Assembly: GCA_945861535.1 (NCBI GenBank)
Contig: CAMAUZ010000028.1
Location: 6,699 to 70,698, forward strand
Direction of reading: 5' to 3'
Length of the DNA stretch: 64,000 nucleotides
Source of the DNA: Akkermansia muciniphila
GTDB taxonomy: Bacteria > Verrucomicrobiota > Verrucomicrobiia > Limisphaerales > BJHT01
This document shows, one piece after another, positions 18,970 through 28,792 of this stretch. Each line of letters begins with the position of its first letter. Position 1 is the stretch's first letter. The translations under genes and the position numbers were made by a program. Under the pieces are notes generated by a model, which saw only the letters and a program-made list of their open reading frames with translations, made no database searches and had not been told where the DNA came from.

Positions 18970-20160
18970 TTAAAATGCGGCCGAGGCCTGCACTCCGAAC
19001 TGATGATTCCTAAATGAAGATACGATGCCGTTGCCGGTCGCAGCATTGTCTCGATACAGATGGAACGCTCCAACGGTAATCCGCGAGGTAGCCTTGAAAT
19101 CAACCCCGTATTTCAACGTGTAATAGTCGTCGCTACGATCACCGGGCGTATATTCGGTGTTGTAGAAACCGCCACCGAAGTAAACCGTCAGCTTGCGCAT
19201 GACTTCTTGGCGGATTTCCGCCGACACGCCAGTTGTGGTCAAGTTCTGCCCGACGTTTTGGATGGCGTATGTTTGCGCTCGCGATGCGTCCAAAGTGATC
19301 GTTGTGCTGTCCAACGGCCTGTAGGTGGCACCAATGGAGAAAATCGGAAGAACCTGATCGCTTTTGCCGCCACCCATCTGCCGGAACTCGACACCACCCG
19401 TCGCCCTAAATTGCAGCTTGCCGGCCGCGTCATAGGTCATTCTGACCAAGCCGCGTTCATAGGTTTGGCTCGGCTGACCGCCGCTCAGGTCAAGGTAACC
19501 AAAGGTGAGACCGGCGCTGGTGGTGATTTTTCCGGTCGCCTTGTAATTAATCCAATTGTCACTGACATACTCCTTCGAACTGATGAGACCCGCGGCGGCA
19601 AAGTCGAGGACATTGAACTGCCCGTTGGCCTCGAATGAGGTCTTGTCGCTGTAGTCATATTTCGTCAGCAGGCGGGTGGCGAATGTGTCCTGCTCCAGCC
19701 GCGTCGGGGAAAATTGGCCGGTGGTGACACCAATCGCACTGTCCGAAATTCGGGTGAAGCTCTGGCTCAACCCAACCGTGAGCCGCGTGAAGGTCTTCTC
19801 CACTTGCAAACGAGCGTCATGGTTGATCGCGTCGTTATTGCCGTTGTCCTTGAAGAACTGGAAAGTTGGCGTGTAGTCCAACTTTGCACTGGAGTATCCC
19901 TGTTCGCCGTACCGCACCTGCATGCTCGGGGATACCGACGTCACCACGTCGCGGGTTTTCACGTTGGAAGGAGCAAGGAAAATGTTGTCGTCATAAACGC
20001 TCCGGACAAACAGCGAGGCGTTAACATCGAACGGTCCAAAACTTGCCAGTGCCGACAACCCCTCGCCCTCCTGAGCAAAGCCAAAAGGAGTTAGCACCGG
20101 GAATGCAAGAGAGACAGCGATAGTTTTTTTGAGGAGCGAGGCTTTTGGAGTTTTTTTCAT
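18970..20160 (-). CDS. Outer-membrane beta-barrel protein of the EPS locus (BBP2-like)
   Basis: Signal peptide, YDDNIF motif, alternating beta-strand pattern, C-terminal Phe; cotranscribed with wza/wzc-like genes. Confidence 0.82.
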   Translation of the reverse strand: MKKTPKASLLKKTIAVSLAFPVLTPFGFAQEGEGLSALASFGPFDVNASLFVRSVYDDNIFLAPSNVKTRDVVTSVSPSMQVRYGEQGYSSAKLDYTPTFQFFKDNGNNDAINHDARLQVEKTFTRLTVGLSQSFTRISDSAIGVTTGQFSPTRLEQDTFATRLLTKYDYSDKTSFEANGQFNVLDFAAAGLISSKEYVSDNWINYKATGKITTSAGLTFGYLDLSGGQPSQTYERGLVRMTYDAAGKLQFRATGGVEFRQMGGGKSDQVLPIFSIGATYRPLDSTTITLDASRAQTYAIQNVGQNLTTTGVSAEIRQEVMRKLTVYFGGGFYNTEYTPGDRSDDYYTLKYGVDFKATSRITVGAFHLYRDNAATGNGIVSSFRNHQFGVQASAAF

Positions 20161-20365
20161 ATGGGCTTTTTTACATTTATAGCGACACCGGAATTGTTTC
20201 CCCGGTTTTCTCTCAAACCAGCGCCCCGAGTCAACCATTTCTTTTCAAACTAATTTACCCTGAGGGGGGGAACCAAAACCGGGTGGCACCGTTGCACGCC
20301 GACGGTTCGCCAGTCAAAAGCTATTTTCGGTCGAGGCTCTTCCGGCTGGACGCGTCCTTCGAGTT

Positions 20366-21860
20366 TCATAAGTCCAGCACCTTGGGGAACTTGGAATGAA
20401 TCAGCGCGTGGAGCCGCTCCCGGCCGCCGCGAGCGGGGCGGAAGCGTTGCTGGAAGCTGCGGGTGTTGTGTTTGGTTTTGGGATGACGCCGGCGCGCCCG
20501 GTCCACGGCCGCGTTGGCCAGGCTCACGACCACGCGCCGGATCTTGCCCAGCGCGCGGGCGGCACGCGGGTTACGCACCCGGCTCTGGTCCTCCCCCAGC
20601 GTGAGGTCCAGGCAATGGTGCAGGCGGCTTTCGATGACCCAGTAACCCCGCTTGAGTTGCAGCAGCCCCTGGGCGTGCACCTCGGCCAGCGTCAGGCTGT
20701 ACAGCAGATAGATGATCTCCCGGCACCATTTGCGGTTACGCCTGACCTGCGTCGCCATGCGGGCGGCCAGGCGCGCGCCCGGAAAGCCCACTTGGCTGGG
20801 CGTCACTTCCTGGCAGTCCGGCAGGCGGATTTCCAGCCGTCCGCAGTTGCGCTCGCGTTTGCGCACCCGCGTCCACGGTGTGGGGCGAGGGGGAAAAAGC
20901 CTGTTGGGTGAACCGGCGTTCAAGGGTTTTCTGGAGGGTCAACTGGTTGCGTTTGACCGTGAACAGGTCGTGGCCGCCTTGGTGGTTGAGAATCTGCCCC
21001 GCGGTGTCCGTCTGGGTGTGGAGCGCGTCGGCCAGCACGAGTTTGCCCGTCAAATCCAGTTGCTGCAGCAGCCGGCGCGCGGCCGGGATTTCGTTGCTCT
21101 GCGCGGCCGTTACGACGCTGCCCAGAAACCGGCCCGCCGCGTTTACGGCGTTGACGGTTTCCACGCCGGCGTGCCGGATTTTTTTGCCATCGACGATGAC
21201 GATCCGGTCCTGCGTCGGTCCCCAAACCTGTTCCTGTCACCGCCGCAGCACCCGCTCCAGCGCGTCGTCCGCGACGGCCGTCAGGACCCGGTCGAAGGTC
21301 GTCTTGCCGGGACAGCGCCGCGCGCCGCTCTGGCGGTCGGCGTGAAACCGCGGCGCCCCAACTGGCCTTGCCTGAGCGTCGCGGCGTAATCGGCGAGATC
21401 CTGCGGCCCGCGCATCACCCCTTGCGCCATGGCCATGACGATTAGACCGATCCTCCCCGCCAGCGGATAGGCCAGCGACTCGGCCCGCCGAAACTCCGGC
21501 ACGTCGGCGCGCACCGCCGCCAGCAGGCTGCGGATTTCGCCTGTCTTGGCGGGGCAGCGCGGGGCCACCGCCGCCGCCACATGCGGCCAGGCTGGCGGCT
21601 GTTCGGCGGCGCGCAAGTTGACGCACTCTTTCTTCACGAGTTCGCGCCCCCAGATTTGGTTGGGCGCGTCGTTTTTTTCGTAATAATCGACCGCAGCGCG
21701 CCGTCACCCGGCCGTGCGGCCGAGCTGGGACCAGCCGCTGACTTTGTAGCCGGTGCCTTGATAAAAGCGGGGATCGTCGAAGGTCTCCCCAAGGCAAGCG
21801 GAGGGCCCCAGCGCTGCTCCCAGTCGGCCGCGAGCTGCCGGAGCCGCACCTTCGGTCAGG
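20366..21860 (-). mobile_element. Decayed DUF4338-ISAs1-family transposase (pseudogene)
   Basis: Joined fragments: LAADWEQRWG / ETFDDPRFYQGTGYKVSGW..LG.T.G (DUF4338-like); PEFRR....YPL (H-repeat region); IVDGKKIR, SNEIPAARRLL..LDL.G....DALHTQ, TVK.NQ.TL; RGYWVIESRLHHCLD....EDQSRVR (ISAs1 DDE). Several stops and frameshifts. Confidence 0.85.
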
Positions 21861-22016
21861 GTAGCGCAGGCTTCCAAGTTTGCGGTATCGCGGGTTTCCA
21901 AACCCGCTGGCCGTTCGGCCACCGGCGACGCCTCGGCTCGACGCACACGCCTCGAGCGCCGTAGCCCCTGCCGATTTGGAAATTGGCGAAACAACAGGTT
22001 GGGAAACCTGCGCTAC
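21861..22016. repeat. REPIN, GTAGCGCAGG family (copy 1)
   Basis: gtagcgcaggcttccaagtttgc..cgcgggtttccaaacccgc ... gccgatttggaaattggcg..caggttgggaaacctgcgctac. Confidence 0.88.
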
Positions 22017-22126
22017 GGGGACCATGCGCCGATGCACCCAGTCGCCGCAACCAAGGACCAGCCGGGCGAGCCGTCCAATTACTAATTTCTTTCCCCTCCC
22101 CCGGCGCGTCGCTACCGTCCGCCCCC

Positions 22127-23263
22127 ATGAGCTACTCGCCTTACCAGCCGGAAAATCCGCCGCCCTTGTCACTGCCGCCCGTCATGCCGCCGCCGCGACG
22201 GGGGGGCGGGTGGATGATTGTGGCGACGATTCTGTTTGTGCTGCTGGTGGTCAGCATGCTCTCGAATTTCACGAGTTCGCTCAAGAGCGGGGGCACGCTC
22301 GGCCACCGCGCGCACCGCGGACATGCGAATCGGCTGGGCGATCGGATGTATGAGGAAACGGTGCTCGAAGACCACGACTCCAAGGACAAGATCGCCGTAA
22401 TTTCGGTCACCGGCATCATCACCGGCCACTCGCTCGACCGCGGCGGCGACGGACTGGTGCAGTCGATCAAGGATCAGCTTGAGCTGGCCGCCGAGGACAA
22501 GGCCGTGAAGGCGGTACTGTTGAAGGTGGATTCACCCGGCGGCGAAGTGCTGGCCTCGGATGAGATTTATCGCGCCATCGTGGATTTTCAGGAGACGCAT
22601 GACAAACCCGTCGTGGCGTCGATGGGTTCGCTGGCGGCGTCGGGCGGGTACTACGTGAGCGCACCGTGCCGGTGGATTGTGGCCAACGAACTGACCATCA
22701 CGGGGAGCATCGGCGTGATCATGCACGGCTACAATTTCCGCGGGTTGATGAACAAAATCGGCGTGCAGCCGATGGTGTTCAAGAGCGGCAAGTTCAAGGA
22801 CATGCTCAGCTCGGACAAGCTGCCCGAGGAGGTCACGCCCGAGGAGAAGCGCATGATCCAGGCGATGATCGACGAGACCTACGGACGCTTCCAAACGGTG
22901 GTGGAGGAGGGCCGGCAGGCGGCCAACAAAGCCAATGCCAGCAAGGCCAAGGACGCGCAGGGCCGTGTGTTGCAAGCGGGCTGGAAGGACCTCGCCGACG
23001 GCCGGATCATGTCCGGTAAACAGGCCTTCGAGAGCGGCTTCGTGGATGAACTCGGCAATTTCGAGACCGCTGCCGAGCGCGCGCAAAAGCTCGCCGGCAT
23101 CAGCCGCGCCAACCTCGTTCAGTACGAGCAGCCGATGGATTTTCTGCGGATGTTCCGCCTCTTCGGCCAGACCGAGGCGCGCGGGGTGAAGATCGATCTC
23201 GGGGTCGAACTGCCGAAGTTGCTGCCCGGCCGGATGTATTTCCTCTTCCCCGCCGCACTGTGA
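22127..23263 (+). CDS. sppA: Signal peptide peptidase SppA (S49)
   Basis: N-terminal TM; VDSPGG, SMGSLAASGGYYVS, ITGSIGVI, KSGKFKD, GFVDELG. Confidence 0.93.
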   Translation: MSYSPYQPENPPPLSLPPVMPPPRRGGGWMIVATILFVLLVVSMLSNFTSSLKSGGTLGHRAHRGHANRLGDRMYEETVLEDHDSKDKIAVISVTGIITGHSLDRGGDGLVQSIKDQLELAAEDKAVKAVLLKVDSPGGEVLASDEIYRAIVDFQETHDKPVVASMGSLAASGGYYVSAPCRWIVANELTITGSIGVIMHGYNFRGLMNKIGVQPMVFKSGKFKDMLSSDKLPEEVTPEEKRMIQAMIDETYGRFQTVVEEGRQAANKANASKAKDAQGRVLQAGWKDLADGRIMSGKQAFESGFVDELGNFETAAERAQKLAGISRANLVQYEQPMDFLRMFRLFGQTEARGVKIDLGVELPKLLPGRMYFLFPAAL

Positions 23264-23289
23264 GGCCTGGGGACTGAGGGCGGGTTTAC

Positions 23290-23422
23290 AACCATGGATG
23301 GACACAGATAGACACGGATGGGAATGGCAAAGTGCCAACGCCCGGGTTTATCCAGCGAGTAAGCCATCAGAAGTCGGTTCTGCTCCGTGTTAATCCATGT
23401 GCATCCGTGGTTATCCGTGGCT
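23290..23422. repeat. Inverted element with ~10-bp tandem arms (GACACRGAT)
   Basis: accatggatggacacagatagacacggat ... atccatgtgcatccgtggttatccgtggc. Confidence 0.7.
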
Positions 23423-23448
23423 CCTAAATTTCAGCGCCTTTTCCCAAC

Positions 23449-24072
23449 ATGAAAAACGTCACCGTCATCGATCATCCGCTGGTGCAGCACAATCTCACGC
23501 GCTTGCGTGATCGCGAGACCAGCTCCACCGAGTTCCGCCGCCTGGTGGGCGAGGTGGCGACGCTGATGATTTACGAAGCCACGCGCTCGCTGGCGGTCGG
23601 TCCTCGCAATGTGGTCACGCCGGTGGGCAAGGCGCGCGGAACGAAACTCACCAGCCGCGTGCTGCTCGTGCCGATTCTGCGGGCCGGCCTCGGGATGCTC
23701 GACTCGATCCTGCAACTCATCCCGGACGCGCGCGTCGGCTTCATCGGATTGAAACGCGACGAGGCCACGCTCGAGGCCCTCACCTATCATCAGTCCTTGC
23801 CGGCGTCGGCGGCGGGTTACGAAGTCATCATTCTCGACCCGATGCTCGCGACCGGCGGCAGCGCCATCGCGGCGCTGGATTTGGTCAAAGCGCGCGGCGC
23901 CAAAAACGTGCGGATGGTGAATCTCCTGGCCGCGCCCGAGGGAATCAAAGCCGTGCTCGCGCGCCATCCCGACACGCAGATTTACACGGCGTCCATTGAT
24001 CAAAAGCTCAACGCCCGCGGCTACATCGTGCCGGGCTTGGGTGATGCGGGGGACCGGATTTTTTCGAGCTGA
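23449..24072 (+). CDS. upp: Uracil phosphoribosyltransferase
   Basis: HPLVQH.LT.LRD, VPILRAGLGM, LDPMLATGGS, GYIVPGLGDAGDR. Confidence 0.96.
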   Translation: MKNVTVIDHPLVQHNLTRLRDRETSSTEFRRLVGEVATLMIYEATRSLAVGPRNVVTPVGKARGTKLTSRVLLVPILRAGLGMLDSILQLIPDARVGFIGLKRDEATLEALTYHQSLPASAAGYEVIILDPMLATGGSAIAALDLVKARGAKNVRMVNLLAAPEGIKAVLARHPDTQIYTASIDQKLNARGYIVPGLGDAGDRIFSS

Positions 24073-24093
24073 GCGGGAGGGGTGTGCCGCCTT

Positions 24094-24206
24094 CGGCGCG
24101 CGTCCGGTCCACGGTCGCACCGGCAGCACCCGCGCTGGGAGGTTTGGAGTTTTCCAGCACCGCCGCAGATTTGGGGCCGCTGCGGGCGGGGACCGCCCGC
24201 GCGCCG
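24094..24206. repeat. REPIN, CGGAGCGCG family (degenerate)
   Basis: cggcgcgcgtccggtccacggtcgc ... gcgggcggggaccgcccgcgcgccg; spacer related to those at 34603, 34991 and 58255. Confidence 0.7.
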
Positions 24207-24337
24207 GTGGCGTGGTTGGGCCGTGCTGCGCGCGGCCCTGCAATTTCCCCGTCCCCGCGCTTGGGAATTTCCGACACCGGCGATTGCAGGTGTGCGCAGC
24301 CGGGAGGGGAAAGGTCACGGACGCGCGCAGCGCGTTC

Positions 24338-25669
24338 TTACAGCGAAGGGCTGGGCTGGGCGGGCTTTTCGAGCTTGAGGCGGGCGACGCGGGGGCCGGC
24401 CATCTCTTCGACGCGGAGGGTGAAGGCCCCGAGAGTGATGACATCGCCTTCTTTCGGAAAGCCGCCGAGCCGGCCGGTGACGAGTCCGCTGGTGGTGGTG
24501 ATGCCTTCTTGCGCGAGGGGTTCGCCGACGAGGTCGGAGAGTTCGTGCAAGGGCAGCGCGCCGTCGATTTCCCAGGTGGTTTCGCCGGTTTTCACGAGGA
24601 GTGGTTTCTCCTGATCGAACTCGTCCTGAATCTGGCCGACGATTTCTTCGAGGACATTCTCGAGGGTGACGAGACCGAGGGTGTCGCCGTATTCGTCCAC
24701 GACGAGGGCGAAGTGGAGCTGCCGTTCCTGCAGGAGTTGCAGGACTTTTTCCAGGCGGGCGGTTTCGGGGATGTAGATGATCTTGCGCGTGACGCTGGCG
24801 AGATCAGCACCGCTGCGGGCGCGGTGGCGTTGGGCAAAGAGGTCTTTGATGTGAACGACGCCGAGCGTGCGGTTGATGTCGCCGTCTTCGCACAACGGGA
24901 AGCGCGAGTAGCGCGTGCTCTCGGCGATGTTGAGGCATTCGGTGAGGCTCGCGTGGGTGTCGAGCACCACGATTTCGCGCCGGGGCCGCATGACGTCGCG
25001 GGCGATGCGGTGGCGGAGGTCGAGGGCGTTGAGGACGATGTCGCGGCCGAGGGCGGTGGCGCCGGCGTGCATCTGGCCGGTGGTGAGCATGAGGCGGAGT
25101 TCGTCCTCGGAATGCGACGCGGATTCGCCGGCGGGCTGGATGCCGAGGAGGCGGAGCAGAGCGAGCGAGCTTTCGTTCAACAACCAGATGAACGGGTACG
25201 CGATCTTGTAAAACCATTGCAGCGGATAGGCGACCCAGAGCGCGGTGATGAGCGGGTTGCGGATGCCGAAAGATTTCGGGGCCTGCTCGCCGGCGACGAT
25301 GTGGAGAAACGTGATGGCGCTGAAACCCACGGCGAAGGCGATGGAATGCTGGACGCGTGCGGAGTCGATCTTGAGCCAGTGGAAGACGGGCTGGAGCAGG
25401 GCCTCAAAGATCGGCTCACCGATCCAGCCGAGAGCGAGGCTGGCGAGGGTGATGCCGAGCTGGGCGGCACTGAGGTAGGCGTCGAGGTGGGCGATGATGT
25501 GGCGCAGCAGTTTCGCGCGGCGATTGCCCTTGGCGATGAGCGGGTCGAGCTGGGTGTCGCGGATTTTGACGAGCGCGAACTCGGTGGCGACGAAGAAGCC
25601 GTTTGTCAGGACCAGGGCGATGACCGCGACGACCTTGAGCAGCAGCAGGAGGGTGGCGGTGGTGTCCAT
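24338..25669 (-). CDS. Hemolysin/CNNM family protein (DUF21 + 2 CBS + CorC)
   Basis: NGFFVATEFALV, QLGITLASLALGWIGEP, GEQAPK, YSRFP, VVDEYG...G.VTLE..LEEIVG.I.DE.D. Confidence 0.93.
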   Translation of the reverse strand: MDTTATLLLLLKVVAVIALVLTNGFFVATEFALVKIRDTQLDPLIAKGNRRAKLLRHIIAHLDAYLSAAQLGITLASLALGWIGEPIFEALLQPVFHWLKIDSARVQHSIAFAVGFSAITFLHIVAGEQAPKSFGIRNPLITALWVAYPLQWFYKIAYPFIWLLNESSLALLRLLGIQPAGESASHSEDELRLMLTTGQMHAGATALGRDIVLNALDLRHRIARDVMRPRREIVVLDTHASLTECLNIAESTRYSRFPLCEDGDINRTLGVVHIKDLFAQRHRARSGADLASVTRKIIYIPETARLEKVLQLLQERQLHFALVVDEYGDTLGLVTLENVLEEIVGQIQDEFDQEKPLLVKTGETTWEIDGALPLHELSDLVGEPLAQEGITTTSGLVTGRLGGFPKEGDVITLGAFTLRVEEMAGPRVARLKLEKPAQPSPSL

Positions 25670-25672
25670 GTG

Positions 25673-26662
25673 CTACAGATTCACCTCGCCGAAGATGGCG
25701 CGGAGGATGTCCTGGAGGGTGATGATGCCGATTTCCTCGTTGGCGTTGCCGAGGACGATGGCGAGGCGCTGGCCGCTGCGTTGCATGCGCTTGAGGGCGT
25801 CCTCGAGACGGAGGTTTTCGTTCAGGTAGAGCGCGGGCTGAAGGCTCTGGCCGGCGGTGCGGCCGGGCGCGGGTTCGGCCTCGTAGAGCAGGTGCTTGAG
25901 GCTGACGACGCCGATGACGCGGCGGCGTCCGCCCTGTTCGTGCCAGACGGGCAGGCGCGTGAGCTGGCGGTCGCGGCAGAGCTGGAGCACCTCGGTCATG
26001 GGCGTCTTGGAGGTGACGGTGACGACCTTCGCCCACGGGTGGGTGATGTGGCGGAGCGTGGTGTTTTGCAGGTCGAGGACGCGGTTGATGAGCTGGTGTT
26101 CCGCGGTGCTCAGGGTTTGCGCGGAGTCCTGCATGAGCGAGCGGAGCTCGGCGCGGTTGCCGAAGAGATGGCCGGTGAAAATTTGGCCGCCGGTCCAGCG
26201 CAGGAGGCGATTGGTGAGGCGCGTGAGGATCGCGACGGCCGGGGCGAGCAGCCAGTGGAGCAGGCGGAAGGGCGTGACGGCCAGCAGGCAGAGGCGGTTG
26301 GGAAACTGCTGGAAGAGCATTTTCGGCAGCAGATCAAAGAGGGCATAGAAGAGGAACACGGCGAGCACGAACGCGGCGAAAAAGGCCACCGGATGCGTTT
26401 CGAGCCAGTGGTGCAACGCGATGACGCTGAGGGAGACGATGACGAAGTTGGCGAGCGTGTTGCCGATGAGGATGGCCCAGAGAAAATTCTCGGGCTGTTC
26501 AAGGTAGCCGTGCAGGACGCGCGCGCGGGCGTGGCCTTTGCGCATCATCTGGCGGATGCGCAGGCGGCTGAGCGCGAACACGCCGGCCTCCATTCCCGAG
26601 AAGAGAAAGGACGCGGCGAGGCAGGCGGCCATGATCAGCGCGGTGAGGCCGGGGTAGTCCAT
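25673..26662 (-). CDS. CNNM (DUF21) + CBS protein lacking the CorC domain
   Basis: SFLFSGMEAG, ILIGNTLAN, LLPK, CBS pair ending GIITLQDILRAIFGEV. Confidence 0.9.
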   Translation of the reverse strand: MDYPGLTALIMAACLAASFLFSGMEAGVFALSRLRIRQMMRKGHARARVLHGYLEQPENFLWAILIGNTLANFVIVSLSVIALHHWLETHPVAFFAAFVLAVFLFYALFDLLPKMLFQQFPNRLCLLAVTPFRLLHWLLAPAVAILTRLTNRLLRWTGGQIFTGHLFGNRAELRSLMQDSAQTLSTAEHQLINRVLDLQNTTLRHITHPWAKVVTVTSKTPMTEVLQLCRDRQLTRLPVWHEQGGRRRVIGVVSLKHLLYEAEPAPGRTAGQSLQPALYLNENLRLEDALKRMQRSGQRLAIVLGNANEEIGIITLQDILRAIFGEVNL

Positions 26663-26663
26663 G

Positions 26664-27914
26664 TCAGGCGCCCCCTTTCTTGCGCGTGGCGGTGACGAGG
26701 AGTTCGCGCACGCGGCGCTCGTCGGCCACGGTGGCGGCGAGTTTCAGTCCGTTGAAATGCACCGCCTGGTTGACGGCGGGCACGACCTCGCAAAGCGCCA
26801 CGAGCAGGCCGCCCATGGTTTCCACGGGCGGGACTTCGCCGAGTTCGGGGAACTCGCGGCGGAAATCGTCGATGCGCATGGTGCCGTTCACGCGCCAGCG
26901 GCCGGGGCCGAGCTTCTCCATCACGAAGCCCGCGGGTGCGCCCTCGCTGCGGATTTCGCCGATGATTTCCTCAAGGATGTCCTCGATGGTGACGACACCC
27001 GCCGTGCCGCCGAACTCGTCCACCACGATGGCCAGGCCGCGTTGCTGGCGCTGAAAGCTCTGGAACAATTGCAGGAGATTCATGCTGGCGGGCACGAAGG
27101 ACGGGAACTCGATCACCTCGGCGAGGTCGATTTGCGGATCAAGCAAGAGGCGGCGGGTGTTGAGAATGCCGACGATAGTGTCGGGCGTGTCGTCGTAAAT
27201 CGGGAGGCGGCGGTGCTGATGTTTGCGCGCGGCGGCGATCATGTCCTCGACGCTGAGGTCGTCGGGGACGCAGGCCATCTGGGAGCGGGGCTTCATCACT
27301 TCGCGCACGGTGCGGCGGTCGAGGCGGATGATTTCCAAAATGATTTCCAGCTCGGACTTCGCGAGCGTGCCCTGCTGGACGGCCAGTTCGAGCAACTCCT
27401 GATAATCCTCCTCGGTCAGGCGGCTCTGGGGGCGGACGGATTTGGGAATGGTGACGCGGAGAATCGCGGTGTTCAGGCGCTGGGCGATCTGGCGCAGTGG
27501 GCGCATGACGCGCATGAGCAGCCACAGCGGCGAGGCGACGCGCAGCGCCCACGGGTCGGGCGCGCGCACGGCCAGCGCCTTGGGCACGACTTCGCCGACG
27601 ATCAGGACCAGGCCGAGCAGGAACACGATGGTGGCGGGCAGGGACCAGTGGCGCTCGTGCAGGGACATCCAGAGGCCGAGCGCGATGAGGGCGGCGTTGG
27701 CGAAGGTGTTGCCAAGGACGAGCGTGGCGAGGAGGTCCTCGGGCGCGCTGAGGAGTTTGACCACGAGGCGGCCGTCGATCGGGGATTGTTCCTCGAGGCG
27801 GCGGGCGCGCCATTTGCCGAGGGAAAAGAGCGCCGACTCCGCCACGGCAAAGAAGAAGCTCAAGGCGGCCAGCAGCGACACTCCCAGCAGGGCAAGTATG
27901 GTTGGCGTGAGCAC
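26664..27914 (-). CDS. Hemolysin/CNNM family protein (DUF21 + 2 CBS + CorC)
   Basis: SFFFAVAESALFSL, T.VLGNT.AN, GEVVPK, VVDEFGGTAGVVTIEDILEEIIGEI. Confidence 0.92.
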   Translation of the reverse strand: MLTPTILALLGVSLLAALSFFFAVAESALFSLGKWRARRLEEQSPIDGRLVVKLLSAPEDLLATLVLGNTFANAALIALGLWMSLHERHWSLPATIVFLLGLVLIVGEVVPKALAVRAPDPWALRVASPLWLLMRVMRPLRQIAQRLNTAILRVTIPKSVRPQSRLTEEDYQELLELAVQQGTLAKSELEIILEIIRLDRRTVREVMKPRSQMACVPDDLSVEDMIAAARKHQHRRLPIYDDTPDTIVGILNTRRLLLDPQIDLAEVIEFPSFVPASMNLLQLFQSFQRQQRGLAIVVDEFGGTAGVVTIEDILEEIIGEIRSEGAPAGFVMEKLGPGRWRVNGTMRIDDFRREFPELGEVPPVETMGGLLVALCEVVPAVNQAVHFNGLKLAATVADERRVRELLVTATRKKGGA

Positions 27915-27950
27915 GTGGAGGGATGGTGGCAGAAGGGGAAGGGGGCGGGA

Positions 27951-28112
27951 AAGTGATTAGTAATTAGTGATTAATGGGCGGGCGGGAGTTCCTGGATTTC
28001 TGGGAATGGCTCGGCGTTTGGTTGGGGGAAGTGGTCACGGGGTTGCCGAGGTCGCCCGACTGGTTGCCGCCCCGACTAATTACTAATTACTAATCACTAA
28101 TCACTAATTACT
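27951..28112. repeat. Inverted element with heptamer tandem arms (TAATYAC)
   Basis: aagtgattagtaattagtgattaat ... actaattactaattactaatcactaatcactaattact; AT-rich within a GC-rich context. Confidence 0.85.
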
Positions 28113-28335
28113 TTTCCCCCCTCTTCGCCGGCAGCGGCCGCGGAATCTCGGAGTCGGTCAGCAGCTTCGCCCCCTTCAGCAGGCGGCAGAATTCTTTCTT
28201 CGAGGTGCGGTGGTGGGTGCCGTCCTTGCTGGTGAGGTCGAGCTGGGACTTGTATTCGACCTCGAGGCGCTGGAGATCGACGATGCGGAGGTATTCGCCG
28301 GCGCGCTGCCAGACCTGGCCTTGCTGTAGTTTCAT
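28108..28335 (-). CDS. Small hypothetical protein (75 aa)
   Basis: MKLQQGQVWQRAGEYLRIVDLQRLEVEYK...SKKEFCRLLKGA; host-like codon usage and globular composition. Confidence 0.7.
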   Translation of the reverse strand: MKLQQGQVWQRAGEYLRIVDLQRLEVEYKSQLDLTSKDGTHHRTSKKEFCRLLKGAKLLTDSEIPRPLPAKRGEK

Positions 28336-28426
28336 GGCGCGGAATGTAGGGCGGGAAGCGGGGGGCTGGCGAGGGGCGATTGCGCGGGGCGAGGGAAGAT
28401 CGGAGCGGCGTTCAGTATCTGGCCGA

Positions 28427-28744
28427 TCAACGACGAGGGGCGGAATACGGTGCCGGAGATAACCGGGGCTTGGCTGGCTCGGGCTTTGCCTTCTCAATCT
28501 CGTTAGCCAACAACGTCGCGGCAAACTCCAGTTGCGATCGTCTCAACGCAGATTCCTTTTGCCGCTCGCTCTCGGCAAAAATGATGCCCCCCACCCCAAC
28601 CGAAAGAAGCGTCCATCCCGTTTGGCCTCTGGCGAACAGAATCAACGCCACCCCGGCGATGATTTCCACACAGCCCAGGGCAAAAACCAGTTTGATGCAG
28701 AGTGGTGAGACAAAGGGTGGTTTGGGCGTGGGTTGTTCGCTCAT
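28427..28744 (-). CDS. Small two-TM membrane protein, probable integron cassette gene
   Basis: MSEQPTPKPPFVSPLCIKLVFALGCVEIIAGVALILF..GWTLLSVGVGGIIF; lower GC than neighbours; bounded by attC-like sequences. Confidence 0.6.
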   Translation of the reverse strand: MSEQPTPKPPFVSPLCIKLVFALGCVEIIAGVALILFARGQTGWTLLSVGVGGIIFAESERQKESALRRSQLEFAATLLANEIEKAKPEPAKPRLSPAPYSAPRR

Positions 28745-28792
28745 AAGCCAGTGTGGATTCCTGAGCATCGTGCCGGTGAGCGGCATTGCGGT

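Noticed and set aside
21634-21860. Druantia defence system
   Set aside because: Only a broken DUF4338-like fragment fused to a transposase; no DruE helicase or other dru genes.
27951-28112. Tandem repeats and REP clusters as possible CRISPR arrays
   Set aside because: No regularly spaced 23-47 bp direct repeats with unique spacers, and no cas genes.
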